In this document: piece by piece, positions 17,158-24,952 of the stretch | How the letters are laid out: each line of letters starts with the position of its first letter | Position numbering within the stretch: position 1 is the first letter of the stretch | Origin: a bacterium | GTDB lineage: Bacteria > UBP7 > UBA6624 | Direction: 5' to 3' | Length of the DNA stretch: 32,000 nucleotides | NCBI GenBank assembly: GCA_002716355.1 | Contig: PBAU01000011.1 | Coordinates: 30,001 to 62,000, forward strand | The notes under the pieces: generated by a model | Databases searched by the model: none | Seen by the model: the letters and a program-made list of their open reading frames with translations, nothing else | Told to the model about the DNA's origin: nothing | Made by a program: the position numbers and the translations under genes

Positions 17158-18165
17158 TCAGTAGTTATCAAAAAATACTATCGAAATTCGTTCCTCTTTT
17201 TCATTACTTGTTATATTTTTTGAGACATCCCAATTGATTTCCCAATTTGAATTTAATCTGACTGAGTAACGAATTATTTCCCCTTTTGAAAAAGGGTTAT
17301 TTGCACCAGAGCTGTTTATCGAACCATCTGAGAAAATAAAAGTTCCTTTGCCCATGCTTCCCCAATTTGGCAAAAGTGCCCCAGGTTCCCAAGCCCCATA
17401 ATTAAAACCCATGGAAAAATTTTCTTTAATCGGTAGGTTTAATTGAAGAAGGTAAGCATTGTCTCTTTTCTTTGCTAATGGATTGTTTGCACCAAGCCCA
17501 TTGTTACCATCTGATTGAAGATATTCGATCTTTAAACTGGTTTTGCCAAGCTGATGGCTTGTTGACATAAACACTGCGGACCAGTCTTCATTTGTGCCCA
17601 ATGCATTATTCGTGTCATTGTTTGAGGCGGAAGTTATGCCGAAATTCAAATCAGATGAACTGTAAGCAAGATTCACCCTAGTAGAAAATACATTGATGCC
17701 TTTGTCTGTTTGGTCATTGTTCTGTTTTGCCCATATGAAATCCAGATGTCCCGTTTCAGAGAATAAAGATTCACCCTTTATGTAAATGCCGTCAAAGGAA
17801 GAATTATCACCATTATTTTCACCTGAATCAAATAGAAGGTTATTGCCAAAGAAACCACCTGGCATCCTTCCTGTGTAAACAAAACCCCAATCTTGTTTCC
17901 AGTAAACATTCCCCCTTTCCAATGCAGCATCTTCATTATTGAGGCTTCCGAATTCATCATCCTGAAAAGTTCCTAGTATGTTTATTATTGAATTATCCTT
18001 TTCCAGTGATGTGCCTATCCGTGTCCTCCAAAGAAAACTCTCATTGTTGCTAGTGTTGTTTGATGATATCTTGACCCCTTCTAGCCTGATATCACCGAAA
18101 TATTCATTTGCATTCAGTTGAAGTGAAAGCAAAGGGATTAAAAAAAGTAAAAGTATTTTTTTCAT
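17158..18165 (-). CDS. Putative outer-membrane beta-barrel protein (porin-like), paralog of 18247..19053
   Basis: Signal peptide MKKILLLFLIPLLSLQLNA|NE, alternating polar/aromatic beta-strand-like composition, and a C-terminal aromatic (..VFFDNY). It shares blocks with the neighbouring gene. Family not recognised. Confidence 0.65.
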   Translation of the reverse strand: MKKILLLFLIPLLSLQLNANEYFGDIRLEGVKISSNNTSNNESFLWRTRIGTSLEKDNSIINILGTFQDDEFGSLNNEDAALERGNVYWKQDWGFVYTGRMPGGFFGNNLLFDSGENNGDNSSFDGIYIKGESLFSETGHLDFIWAKQNNDQTDKGINVFSTRVNLAYSSSDLNFGITSASNNDTNNALGTNEDWSAVFMSTSHQLGKTSLKIEYLQSDGNNGLGANNPLAKKRDNAYLLQLNLPIKENFSMGFNYGAWEPGALLPNWGSMGKGTFIFSDGSINSSGANNPFSKGEIIRYSVRLNSNWEINWDVSKNITSNEKEERISIVFFDNY

Positions 18166-18171
18166 GATTAG

Positions 18172-18177
18172 ATTATA
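18172..18177 (-). promoter_or_regulatory. Perfect TATAAT -10-like hexamer 6 nt upstream of the ATG of the 17158..18165 gene (possible leaderless promoter)
   Basis: The minus strand reads ...GGCCCCCCTTTTTTTTTGCCTATAATCTAATCATG. A TTGGCC -35-like hexamer lies 16 nt upstream, inside the terminator stem. There is no purine-rich SD before the ATG. AT-rich context makes chance hexamers likely. Confidence 0.3.
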
Positions 18178-18180
18178 GGC

Positions 18181-18211
18181 AAAAAAAAAGGGGGGCCAAT
18201 TAAGGCCCCCC
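18181..18211 (-). terminator. Rho-independent terminator downstream of the 18247..19053 gene
   Basis: There is a perfect 8-bp all-G/C stem (18190-18197 ggggggcc paired with 18204-18211 ggcccccc) and a 6-nt loop aattaa. On the minus strand this is followed by nine U (18189..18181). Confidence 0.88.
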
Positions 18212-18246
18212 AGTCGTATTCGTTGTATTAATTACTAACTACTAAC

Positions 18247-19053
18247 TTAGAAAGAAGCAGAGTAATCTACTGACATCCATTCAGCACCGTCGTGGTCTAC
18301 GTTTGAGAAACTCCAGTTTCCACCCCAAGAAAGAGTGAATCTAGTGATCTCATTAGCAGTTCCACCACCGAAACCGCCACCCCATGTGTGAGCATTAGTA
18401 GCGTCACCCATTTGGATGCTAAGACCTAGGTCATCATTGATTCCATAACCCAAAGTCATGTTTGTGCCGTCAAGACCGTTGTCGTCCATCCATTCGATGT
18501 CCAAACTTGCTGCGCCACCAAGATCCATGGAAGCAGAAATCCACATTGAGTCGCCGCCACCGTTATCAACGGTACCGAGAGTCATGCCCCAACCGACCAT
18601 GTCGCTTAGGTCTGTAGACATACCAGTACTACCAGCTCTGTCATCCCAGATGTTTAGTGCCCAACCGCCTACGTTACCAAGGGAGATGTGGTGACCGTTG
18701 AAAGTACCACCCATACCCATGTTGTAAGCCATGTCGTCACATGCCATACTGTTTCCTATCATGCCACAAGGCATAATACCTGTGTGCCAAGTACCCCAAG
18801 AATTGTTCCAACCAGTGTAAGCGTGGTTCAAAGCTGCGCTTGTTCCCGCACCTGCTCCTTGGTCGTCCCAACCCAAATTCCAACCCCAAGCTGCGCTGAA
18901 GTTGTCTGAGATGTCTGCACCGTCAGACCAGGTCATGTCAGTGCTAATACCATCATTATTACCGTCATCCCAGTGTCTAACTCTAATGTCGCCCGCGTTT
19001 AGCGCGCTAGTTGCTACAAAAAGAATTGCAGCAAAAATTGCCAATTTTTTCAT
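18247..19053 (-). CDS. Putative abundant outer-membrane beta-barrel protein, acidic, Lys-free, Trp/Met/Gly/Asp-rich
   Basis: Signal peptide MKKLAIFAAILFVATSALNA|GD and a C-terminal ...VDYSASF (terminal Phe). A GGAGG SD lies 9 nt upstream and a strong terminator downstream. G+C and codon choice are markedly different from the neighbours. Family not recognised. Confidence 0.7.
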   Translation of the reverse strand: MKKLAIFAAILFVATSALNAGDIRVRHWDDGNNDGISTDMTWSDGADISDNFSAAWGWNLGWDDQGAGAGTSAALNHAYTGWNNSWGTWHTGIMPCGMIGNSMACDDMAYNMGMGGTFNGHHISLGNVGGWALNIWDDRAGSTGMSTDLSDMVGWGMTLGTVDNGGGDSMWISASMDLGGAASLDIEWMDDNGLDGTNMTLGYGINDDLGLSIQMGDATNAHTWGGGFGGGTANEITRFTLSWGGNWSFSNVDHDGAEWMSVDYSASF

Positions 19054-19263
19054 TACGTTTAACCTCCGTAATCATAAATTTGTAGTGAGAGTTACCTATG
19101 TTTCCTCTACACCACATTAAGCTAATTCTACTACAAATCAGATAAAAGTAAAAAAAACGCCAAAAAACCAAGTCTTTTATTTTTTATATAAAAATAAAGA
19201 ATATGTAAAAATATACCTTTTTAGTTGCTTTTTAGTGTTTTTAATAAAGGAATAAATGGTTTT
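19054..19263 (-). promoter_or_regulatory. Largest intergenic region of the window: SD (GGAGG, 19067..19063) and presumed promoter/5' leader of the 18247..19053 OMP gene
   Basis: 210 bp, very AT-rich. GGAGG is followed by a 9-nt spacer and the ATG. Candidate sigma70-like hexamers exist (TTTACA at 19209..19204, followed by TATAAA/TAAAAA about 15-17 nt downstream) but are not distinguishable from background. Confidence 0.45.
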
Positions 19264-20556
19264 TTACTCATGCCTCAAAGCATCAACTGGAGGCATTTCT
19301 GATGCTCTTTTAGCAGGCCACCATCCAAAGATTACACCAACGGTTGCAGCAACAGAGAATGCAACAATGACACCAACACCAGATATGGCGGTTGACCATC
19401 CTGCATAAGATGAAACAGCTTTGGATAACGCGTAGCCAAGAAAGATTCCCGCTGCTCCTCCTAAAACTGATATCAAGAAACTTTCGGAGAGGAATTGAAC
19501 CTGAATGTCTTTTTTTCTAGCACCCAAGGCACGCCTTATACCTATTTCTCTTGTTCTTTGTATCACTGTTGCAAGTGATATATTCATTATCCCTATACCA
19601 CCAACAATAAGGCTTATGCCTGCAATCAAACCCATCACAACAGAAAATATTTTTTGAAGCTGTTGTTGTTGGGCAAGCAATTCCTCAGGAACGATTACTT
19701 CAAATGCCCCAGCTGGATGAGCAATCGATACAATTTTCTCAACTATCGCACCCCATTGGACAGGGTTCTCACCACTTTTCAGTCTTAAAATTATTTCATT
19801 TAACCCAACAGGATATTCTGATGTTCCAATTGCCATTGTTGTAACAGGTATGTATACATCTTTGCCGGTATCTCTGATCTGAACAAGCGTTACTCCAGAC
19901 CAGTCTTTAGGAGAGACAACCCCAATGATGGTGTAAGGAACATTATCTATTCTTACTATATTACCTATAGCGTCCCCTGTGCCAAAAACCAAACCTCTTG
20001 TCTTTGGGCCTATAACAGCAACTTTATTTCTTGATTCAAGATCTAGAGAATCAAAAAATCTTCCTTCTTGAAGTTTTAATCCTTGAATTTTTAAATAATC
20101 TGGGGTGGTACCAACAACAGTTACAGAAATGTCACCAAAACTTCCTGGTAATGATACCTCTTTTGTTCTTTCACTTGCAGCTGCATCTATTCCTTGAAGA
20201 TCTTTTACTGCCTCAAGATCTTTCATGTCTAATGGTCTTGCGGGGCCACCACTTCCCATTGATCCTGAAAGGCCTGAAAAGCCCCACCACCCTCTGCTTT
20301 GTTGAACATAAATGCCTGATGTCCCTATGCCATTACTTGTTGAATTTGATTGAGCTTCAGATTCTCTGACTCTTATTGTTCCTGCTCCCAATACTTCCAA
20401 TTGTGAAACAGCTTCTCTTTTTGCACCCTCTGAAATTGCTAATATGGCTATAACTGCTCCAACACCAAAAACGATACCAAGCGCTGTTAAAAAAGATCTG
20501 AATGGCTGCAGTGTGATTTCAGCCCATGCTTCACGTAATAGGTTTAATGCTTTCAT
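19264..20556 (-). CDS. ABC transporter permease, MacB/FtsX family (periplasmic MacB_PCD-type domain)
   Basis: 430 aa. The N-terminal TM (FRSFLTALGIVFGVGAVIAILAI) is followed by a large periplasmic domain. The C-terminal FtsX-type 3-TM bundle carries REIGIRRALGARKKDI. It overlaps the ATPase gene by 4 nt. Confidence 0.85.
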   Translation of the reverse strand: MKALNLLREAWAEITLQPFRSFLTALGIVFGVGAVIAILAISEGAKREAVSQLEVLGAGTIRVRESEAQSNSTSNGIGTSGIYVQQSRGWWGFSGLSGSMGSGGPARPLDMKDLEAVKDLQGIDAAASERTKEVSLPGSFGDISVTVVGTTPDYLKIQGLKLQEGRFFDSLDLESRNKVAVIGPKTRGLVFGTGDAIGNIVRIDNVPYTIIGVVSPKDWSGVTLVQIRDTGKDVYIPVTTMAIGTSEYPVGLNEIILRLKSGENPVQWGAIVEKIVSIAHPAGAFEVIVPEELLAQQQQLQKIFSVVMGLIAGISLIVGGIGIMNISLATVIQRTREIGIRRALGARKKDIQVQFLSESFLISVLGGAAGIFLGYALSKAVSSYAGWSTAISGVGVIVAFSVAATVGVIFGWWPAKRASEMPPVDALRHE

Positions 20557-21218
20557 GCTATTTTTCCATCAAGAATATTGATTGTTCTTTGAGATCTTTT
20601 TGCCACTTGTGTATCATGTGTAACCATAAGAATCGTTATCCCTTCTGAATGCAATTGCTTAAATAGTTCTAATACATCCTTGCCTGTTTTGCTGTCAAGG
20701 TTACCTGTTGGCTCATCTGCAAGAATCAAAGAAGGGCTGTTGGATAAAGCTCTTGCTACAGCAACCCTCTGTCTTTCTCCACCACTTAATTCATTTGGCT
20801 TATGTGTCGCTCTTTCTTTAAGTCCAACTTTATCAAGAAGCTCCATTGCAATTTTTTTAGGTTTTTGGTTTCGCACTGAGTAATTTAAAGGTAATGCTAC
20901 ATTTTGCCAAGCGTTTAATTGAGGCAATATGTTGAATGTTTGAAAAACAAAACCTATGTGATTGTTTCTAAGATTTGACAAATCATCATCATTTTTTGCT
21001 GAAACCATTTCTTCATTGAGCAGATAGTTTCCATCTGTAGGAGTGTCAAGTAAGCCAACTATATTCATCAATGTTGTTTTTCCTGATCCAGAAGGTCCCA
21101 TCAAAGAGACCCATTCTCCTTTTTTGATTTTAAGATCCACTCCTTTTAATACAGGAACTTTGATTTCACCAAGGTCGTAAGTCTTATAAACTTGGTCTAA
21201 TGTTACGACATTTGTCAC
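20553..21218 (-). CDS. ABC transporter ATP-binding protein (MacB/LolD-type)
   Basis: Walker A GPSGSGKTT, Q-loop, signature LSGGERQRVAVARAL, Walker B LILADEPTGNLD and H-loop VTHD. Confidence 0.95.
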   Translation of the reverse strand: MTNVVTLDQVYKTYDLGEIKVPVLKGVDLKIKKGEWVSLMGPSGSGKTTLMNIVGLLDTPTDGNYLLNEEMVSAKNDDDLSNLRNNHIGFVFQTFNILPQLNAWQNVALPLNYSVRNQKPKKIAMELLDKVGLKERATHKPNELSGGERQRVAVARALSNSPSLILADEPTGNLDSKTGKDVLELFKQLHSEGITILMVTHDTQVAKRSQRTINILDGKIA

Positions 21219-22798
21219 TTGCCGCCTCTCGAGCCACCCTTTGAACCACCACCCCAGCCACCAAAGGAAGGTTTACCATTGGAAGAACTGTTGGCTTTTT
21301 CTTCTTTGTTGCTTTCAATAGATGTGCTTATTGCACTTTCTTCCGGGGCAACTATTAGAAAAGTTTCTCCAGGTTTAATTCCGGATTTAACTTCTGCTTC
21401 TTGAGGTGTTACAGCACCAAGTTGCACTGTTATTTTTTCCCATGATTGATCATTGTTAACTCTGTAAACCACAGTTTTGCCACTGTCGATGAATATTGCT
21501 GATCTAGGAAGTATGACAGCGTTTTCAATTACGTTTAGTATTATCCTTGTTAAAGATGTCATCCCAGGTCTAAGGTTTGAGAAGTCATCCTGTTCTTTCT
21601 GCTTTGATTCCTGATCTCCCCATTGAGACATTTTTTCTGTAAACACTTGCTGGCTTCCACCACCTTGCTCCATTTTCTCTTTTATTGAATCAGGCATTCC
21701 AGAATTTGATTTTCTTGCCTCTCTTATTTTCATATCCTTATTTGTAAATTGTTGTTCTAATGCAGGAGGTTCTTGTTCTTTGTCACTACGTGAAAGAAGT
21801 ATTTCAGCCGCAAAGCCTTTCGAGTCTCCTTGTGCAGAGAATGTAACAGAACTTGTCCCCATGTCACTTGAGGCTATATCAGCAATTTTATTGACTGTGC
21901 CTTCAAAGATTTTTCCAGGTACAGCATCAATTGTAATTAGAGCATCTTGTCCTATTTTTACTTTGTATAGATCTCTTTCGTTTATTTTGACCCTAACAAT
22001 GAAAGAGGTTATCTCAGGAAAATCTAATATTGGACGATCTTTTCTTGTTTCATCGCCTTCTTGGTATTTTCTTACCTGCCCAAACCATCCTTCATTATGA
22101 ATCATCAATCCATCTTTATGTGCATATATTGTTCCATTTGCTAAATCTTCAGTTTTTTCTTCAACTTTTTCTCTTCTGTAATCTATTGTTTTTTGCCTAT
22201 CTAGCAAATCAAGCTCCCATTGGTTTTCTCTAGTTTTTAAACTGAGTTCAGATTCTTCAAGTGATTGTTGAGCTTGCAGAAGGCTTATCTCAGATTGAGC
22301 TAAATCAATTGGAGGCCTGATCCCTTCTTCTATTTCTGTTTTTCTTCTTTGGTAGTTTGTTTGTGCATTTTCAAGATTCTTTTTTGCCATTTCCAAACCA
22401 TTGTCCGCTTGCACCTTTTGCAACTCTATGGATTCTTTAAGGTTTTCAAGAGCATAAATTGCACTTTCGAGTTGTTCTTGGCTTTGTTTAAGGTCATCTT
22501 CAATACCTTTTGTTTCGAAACTTACAACAATCTCTCCCTCTTTCACAAAACCTTCAGGTCTTAAATAGGATATCCTGCCATTCCATATTTTAGGGTAAAC
22601 ATAATCATGATTTAAGCTTTGTAGTTCACCAATTAAATCTAGTGATATTTCCATTTTTTCTTGTCTTGATTGCACGGAAGGTAAAGAATCTTTCATGCTT
22701 GATTGAGAGTTGTTGGATTGTGATACCAGCACAAAAATCCCTAAAGCTAATATTACAAAATGTAACATTTTGAATTTCTTAAATATATTCATTATCAT
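21215..22798 (-). CDS. Periplasmic adaptor (membrane fusion protein, HlyD/MacA family) with a long low-complexity insertion and a Gly-rich C-terminal tail
   Basis: N-terminal anchor, then a long coiled-coil hairpin region (residues ~100-215), then beta-barrel blocks (ITIDAVPGKIFEGTVNKIA ... LRPGMTSLTRII ... AVILPRSAIF). Confidence 0.85.
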   Translation of the reverse strand: MIMNIFKKFKMLHFVILALGIFVLVSQSNNSQSSMKDSLPSVQSRQEKMEISLDLIGELQSLNHDYVYPKIWNGRISYLRPEGFVKEGEIVVSFETKGIEDDLKQSQEQLESAIYALENLKESIELQKVQADNGLEMAKKNLENAQTNYQRRKTEIEEGIRPPIDLAQSEISLLQAQQSLEESELSLKTRENQWELDLLDRQKTIDYRREKVEEKTEDLANGTIYAHKDGLMIHNEGWFGQVRKYQEGDETRKDRPILDFPEITSFIVRVKINERDLYKVKIGQDALITIDAVPGKIFEGTVNKIADIASSDMGTSSVTFSAQGDSKGFAAEILLSRSDKEQEPPALEQQFTNKDMKIREARKSNSGMPDSIKEKMEQGGGSQQVFTEKMSQWGDQESKQKEQDDFSNLRPGMTSLTRIILNVIENAVILPRSAIFIDSGKTVVYRVNNDQSWEKITVQLGAVTPQEAEVKSGIKPGETFLIVAPEESAISTSIESNKEEKANSSSNGKPSFGGWGGGSKGGSRGGK

Positions 22799-22801
22799 TT
22801 T

Positions 22802-24190
22802 TTATCCCTCCAGGAATATTTTTTCCAAATCTTCATCTGTTAATTTCCACCATTGTATCCATGCATTTCTTAAAGATTCCTCAGCATTGGTTACGCCCAA
22901 TTGCGCATTTACATAAGATGATTCTGCAGTCAGGTAGTCTTGCAAGGAGTTAAGGCCTCCCTGATAGCCTCTCAATGTTGTGTTGTATGTTTCTGTAGCA
23001 AGTCGGAATGCTGATTCTTGCAATTCCAACTCCCTCACTCTTTTTTCGATCAATCTATGGTTTGAGGTTAAGTCAAGCTTGAATTGTTTAACACTTTCAG
23101 AATATGCAATTTTTGCAGATGCATAATTGTTTTTTGCATTTTCATATGAGTTTCGTTCGTTTCTTCTGTCTAGAGGTATATCAATTGCAATTGTTGATGT
23201 ATGTGTGTTTCCCTGATCCGATATGTTTCCGAATGACGAACCCTCTCCGTTACCAAAAGCTCTATTTATTAAAGAAATGCTCCATTTCATTGCGTCTTCA
23301 GCTTCTTCAAGGTTCAATTGACTTCTCTCTAGGTTTATTTTTGCAATTTTTATTGCTGAATATTCCGCGTATTTTTCCAGAGTTTTTTTTAAATCGGGAA
23401 CCTCTCTTGGAGCAATTGGTAAATTTGTGTCCAAGGTTCCTCTCAAATTAGCTTCATGGCCCAAGTATGTGTTTAAATCTTCCCAAGAGGATTCAACGCT
23501 TTCTTGAGCATTTAAAAGTGATAATTTTGACTGATCTCTTTGGTATGCTGATTGAGTTAAGGCTGATTTTGCAATCAATTCTAGATTGAATTTAACATTT
23601 TGTTGTCTGAGAAACTCCTCACTATTTTCGAGATTTTGCTGCCTTATTTCAAGTTGTTTGAGAGAGTTTCTTAAACCTAGCCATAACTGGACTGAAGATG
23701 ATATTGTGTTTTGTTTGTTTTTGAAAAGATTAATTTGTGCTTCCTCTAAGCTCCAATCACTTCTTAAGATCGATTTTTTTTTCATCAGTATGCTCGAACC
23801 TTTACCCAGAGGTATTGTCCATGTAAGATTGCTGGACTCCTGATGGGAATCCAAACATGCTCCAATACCGACTTGATTCCATGCATTACAGTGATTAAGG
23901 TTGTATGAAATTGAAAAATCGCCTAAATAAACAGTTTCTAGGTTGAACGATGTGTTTAATGATTCGTTTCTGTCTGGCCCTTCTAAGTCATTGAGTGAAA
24001 ATGACATGTCGGGCTTGATTGAAAATTCTGTTCTTGATATCTTCCAATTGTTTAAACTGTTTTCATAATTAAGCAAGTTCTGAAGGTAGTTCGGACTTTT
24101 TTCAAGTGAGGTTCTTATGGCATCTTGATAGCTTAGTTCATCATGTTCTTCTGCTGAGAAGAAAAGGGCAATGAGTAGAACGGTAATCAC
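22802..24190 (-). CDS. TolC-family outer-membrane efflux channel
   Basis: 462 aa with two-fold repeat architecture of long helical segments and typical OEP phrasing (LSYQDAIRTSLEKSP..., ...LQDYLTAESSYVNAQL...). The start is GTG at 24190, giving a short signal peptide. The gene sits directly upstream of the adaptor/ABC genes. Confidence 0.8.
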   Translation of the reverse strand: MITVLLIALFFSAEEHDELSYQDAIRTSLEKSPNYLQNLLNYENSLNNWKISRTEFSIKPDMSFSLNDLEGPDRNESLNTSFNLETVYLGDFSISYNLNHCNAWNQVGIGACLDSHQESSNLTWTIPLGKGSSILMKKKSILRSDWSLEEAQINLFKNKQNTISSSVQLWLGLRNSLKQLEIRQQNLENSEEFLRQQNVKFNLELIAKSALTQSAYQRDQSKLSLLNAQESVESSWEDLNTYLGHEANLRGTLDTNLPIAPREVPDLKKTLEKYAEYSAIKIAKINLERSQLNLEEAEDAMKWSISLINRAFGNGEGSSFGNISDQGNTHTSTIAIDIPLDRRNERNSYENAKNNYASAKIAYSESVKQFKLDLTSNHRLIEKRVRELELQESAFRLATETYNTTLRGYQGGLNSLQDYLTAESSYVNAQLGVTNAEESLRNAWIQWWKLTDEDLEKIFLEG

Positions 24191-24202
24191 TAGGTGATTA
24201 TT

Positions 24203-24952
24203 TTAATCCAGCAATGTTAAATCATCTATTTTTTTTACATCTTCAATTGTATTGATGCCAATTGGTGCGTTGTCAATTATGTGAACTCCTATTTTTAAAC
24301 CTATCTCTAAAGCCGTTAGCTGTTCAAGTTTTTCTTTTTTTTCCCTGCGGGATATTTTTGAGGATGTCCATTTCTTTAACGCTGGTGATTTGTAGCCGTA
24401 AATTCCAACATGCTCCCAGCACGTGTCCCAATTTTCCTTTCTTTTAAATGTTTTTCCTGAAGGTGATTTTCCAGGTGAGCTTACAAAGAAATCATTTCTG
24501 GAAAAATCAATTGCTTGCATTTTTGAATTGATGTTTGCTTTGACTCTGTTTGTATTTTTTAGATCACCTTTGTAAAGTGTCGCAAGGGTGACAATATCGT
24601 GAGAGTCAAGCAATGTAAATAGCTTGTTGATATGGTTAGCTTTGACAAGCGGCTCATCACCTTGCCAATTGATGATTTTTCCCTTGAAGTCAATCTTGTC
24701 AACAAGATAAGAGACTCTTTCTGTTCCAGATTTAATGTTTTTTGGGGTCATTATGCATTTGACATTTGTTTCTTTAACCCTTTTTGCAATTTCATCATCA
24801 TCAGTTGCAACATATATTTTTGTTTCTTTAACCCTTTTTGCAGCCTCTACAGTCCATTCAATAAGTGTTTTTCCCTGTATATCAAAAAGCATTTTTTTTG
24901 GAAATCTCTTACTTCCAATTCTTGCTGGGATGACGATAATTTTTTCTGACAT
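24203..24952 (-). CDS. kdsB: 3-deoxy-manno-octulosonate cytidylyltransferase (CMP-Kdo synthetase)
   Basis: IIVIPARIGSKRFPKKMLFDIQGKTLIEW, VATDDDEIA, NWQGDEPL and HVGIYGY are canonical KdsB blocks. Confidence 0.9.
   Translation of the reverse strand: MSEKIIVIPARIGSKRFPKKMLFDIQGKTLIEWTVEAAKRVKETKIYVATDDDEIAKRVKETNVKCIMTPKNIKSGTERVSYLVDKIDFKGKIINWQGDEPLVKANHINKLFTLLDSHDIVTLATLYKGDLKNTNRVKANINSKMQAIDFSRNDFFVSSPGKSPSGKTFKRKENWDTCWEHVGIYGYKSPALKKWTSSKISRREKKEKLEQLTALEIGLKIGVHIIDNAPIGINTIEDVKKIDDLTLLD
24765..24842. repeat. 24-nt perfect direct repeat (24765-24788 and 24819-24842), in frame inside kdsB
   Basis: tttgtttctttaaccctttttgca occurs twice, 54 nt apart. It encodes AKRVKET(K/N) twice (EAAKRVKETKIYVATDDDEIAKRVKETNVK). 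Confidence 0.9.

Noticed and set aside
18247-19053. Horizontal transfer as the explanation for the GC-rich OMP gene.
   Set aside because: There are no flanking mobile-element genes, tRNA or repeats, and a diverged paralog sits next door at native composition. The bias is toward C-ending synonymous codons plus Gly/Ala/Trp/Asp-rich protein composition, which fits high expression better. HGT is not fully excluded without codon statistics.
19130-19215. A specific sigma70-type promoter (TTTACA ... TATAAA) for the major OMP gene.
   Set aside because: Spacing is ambiguous (15-17 nt depending on the hexamer chosen), and the region is so AT-rich that such hexamers occur by chance. It is kept only as part of a low-resolution regulatory region.
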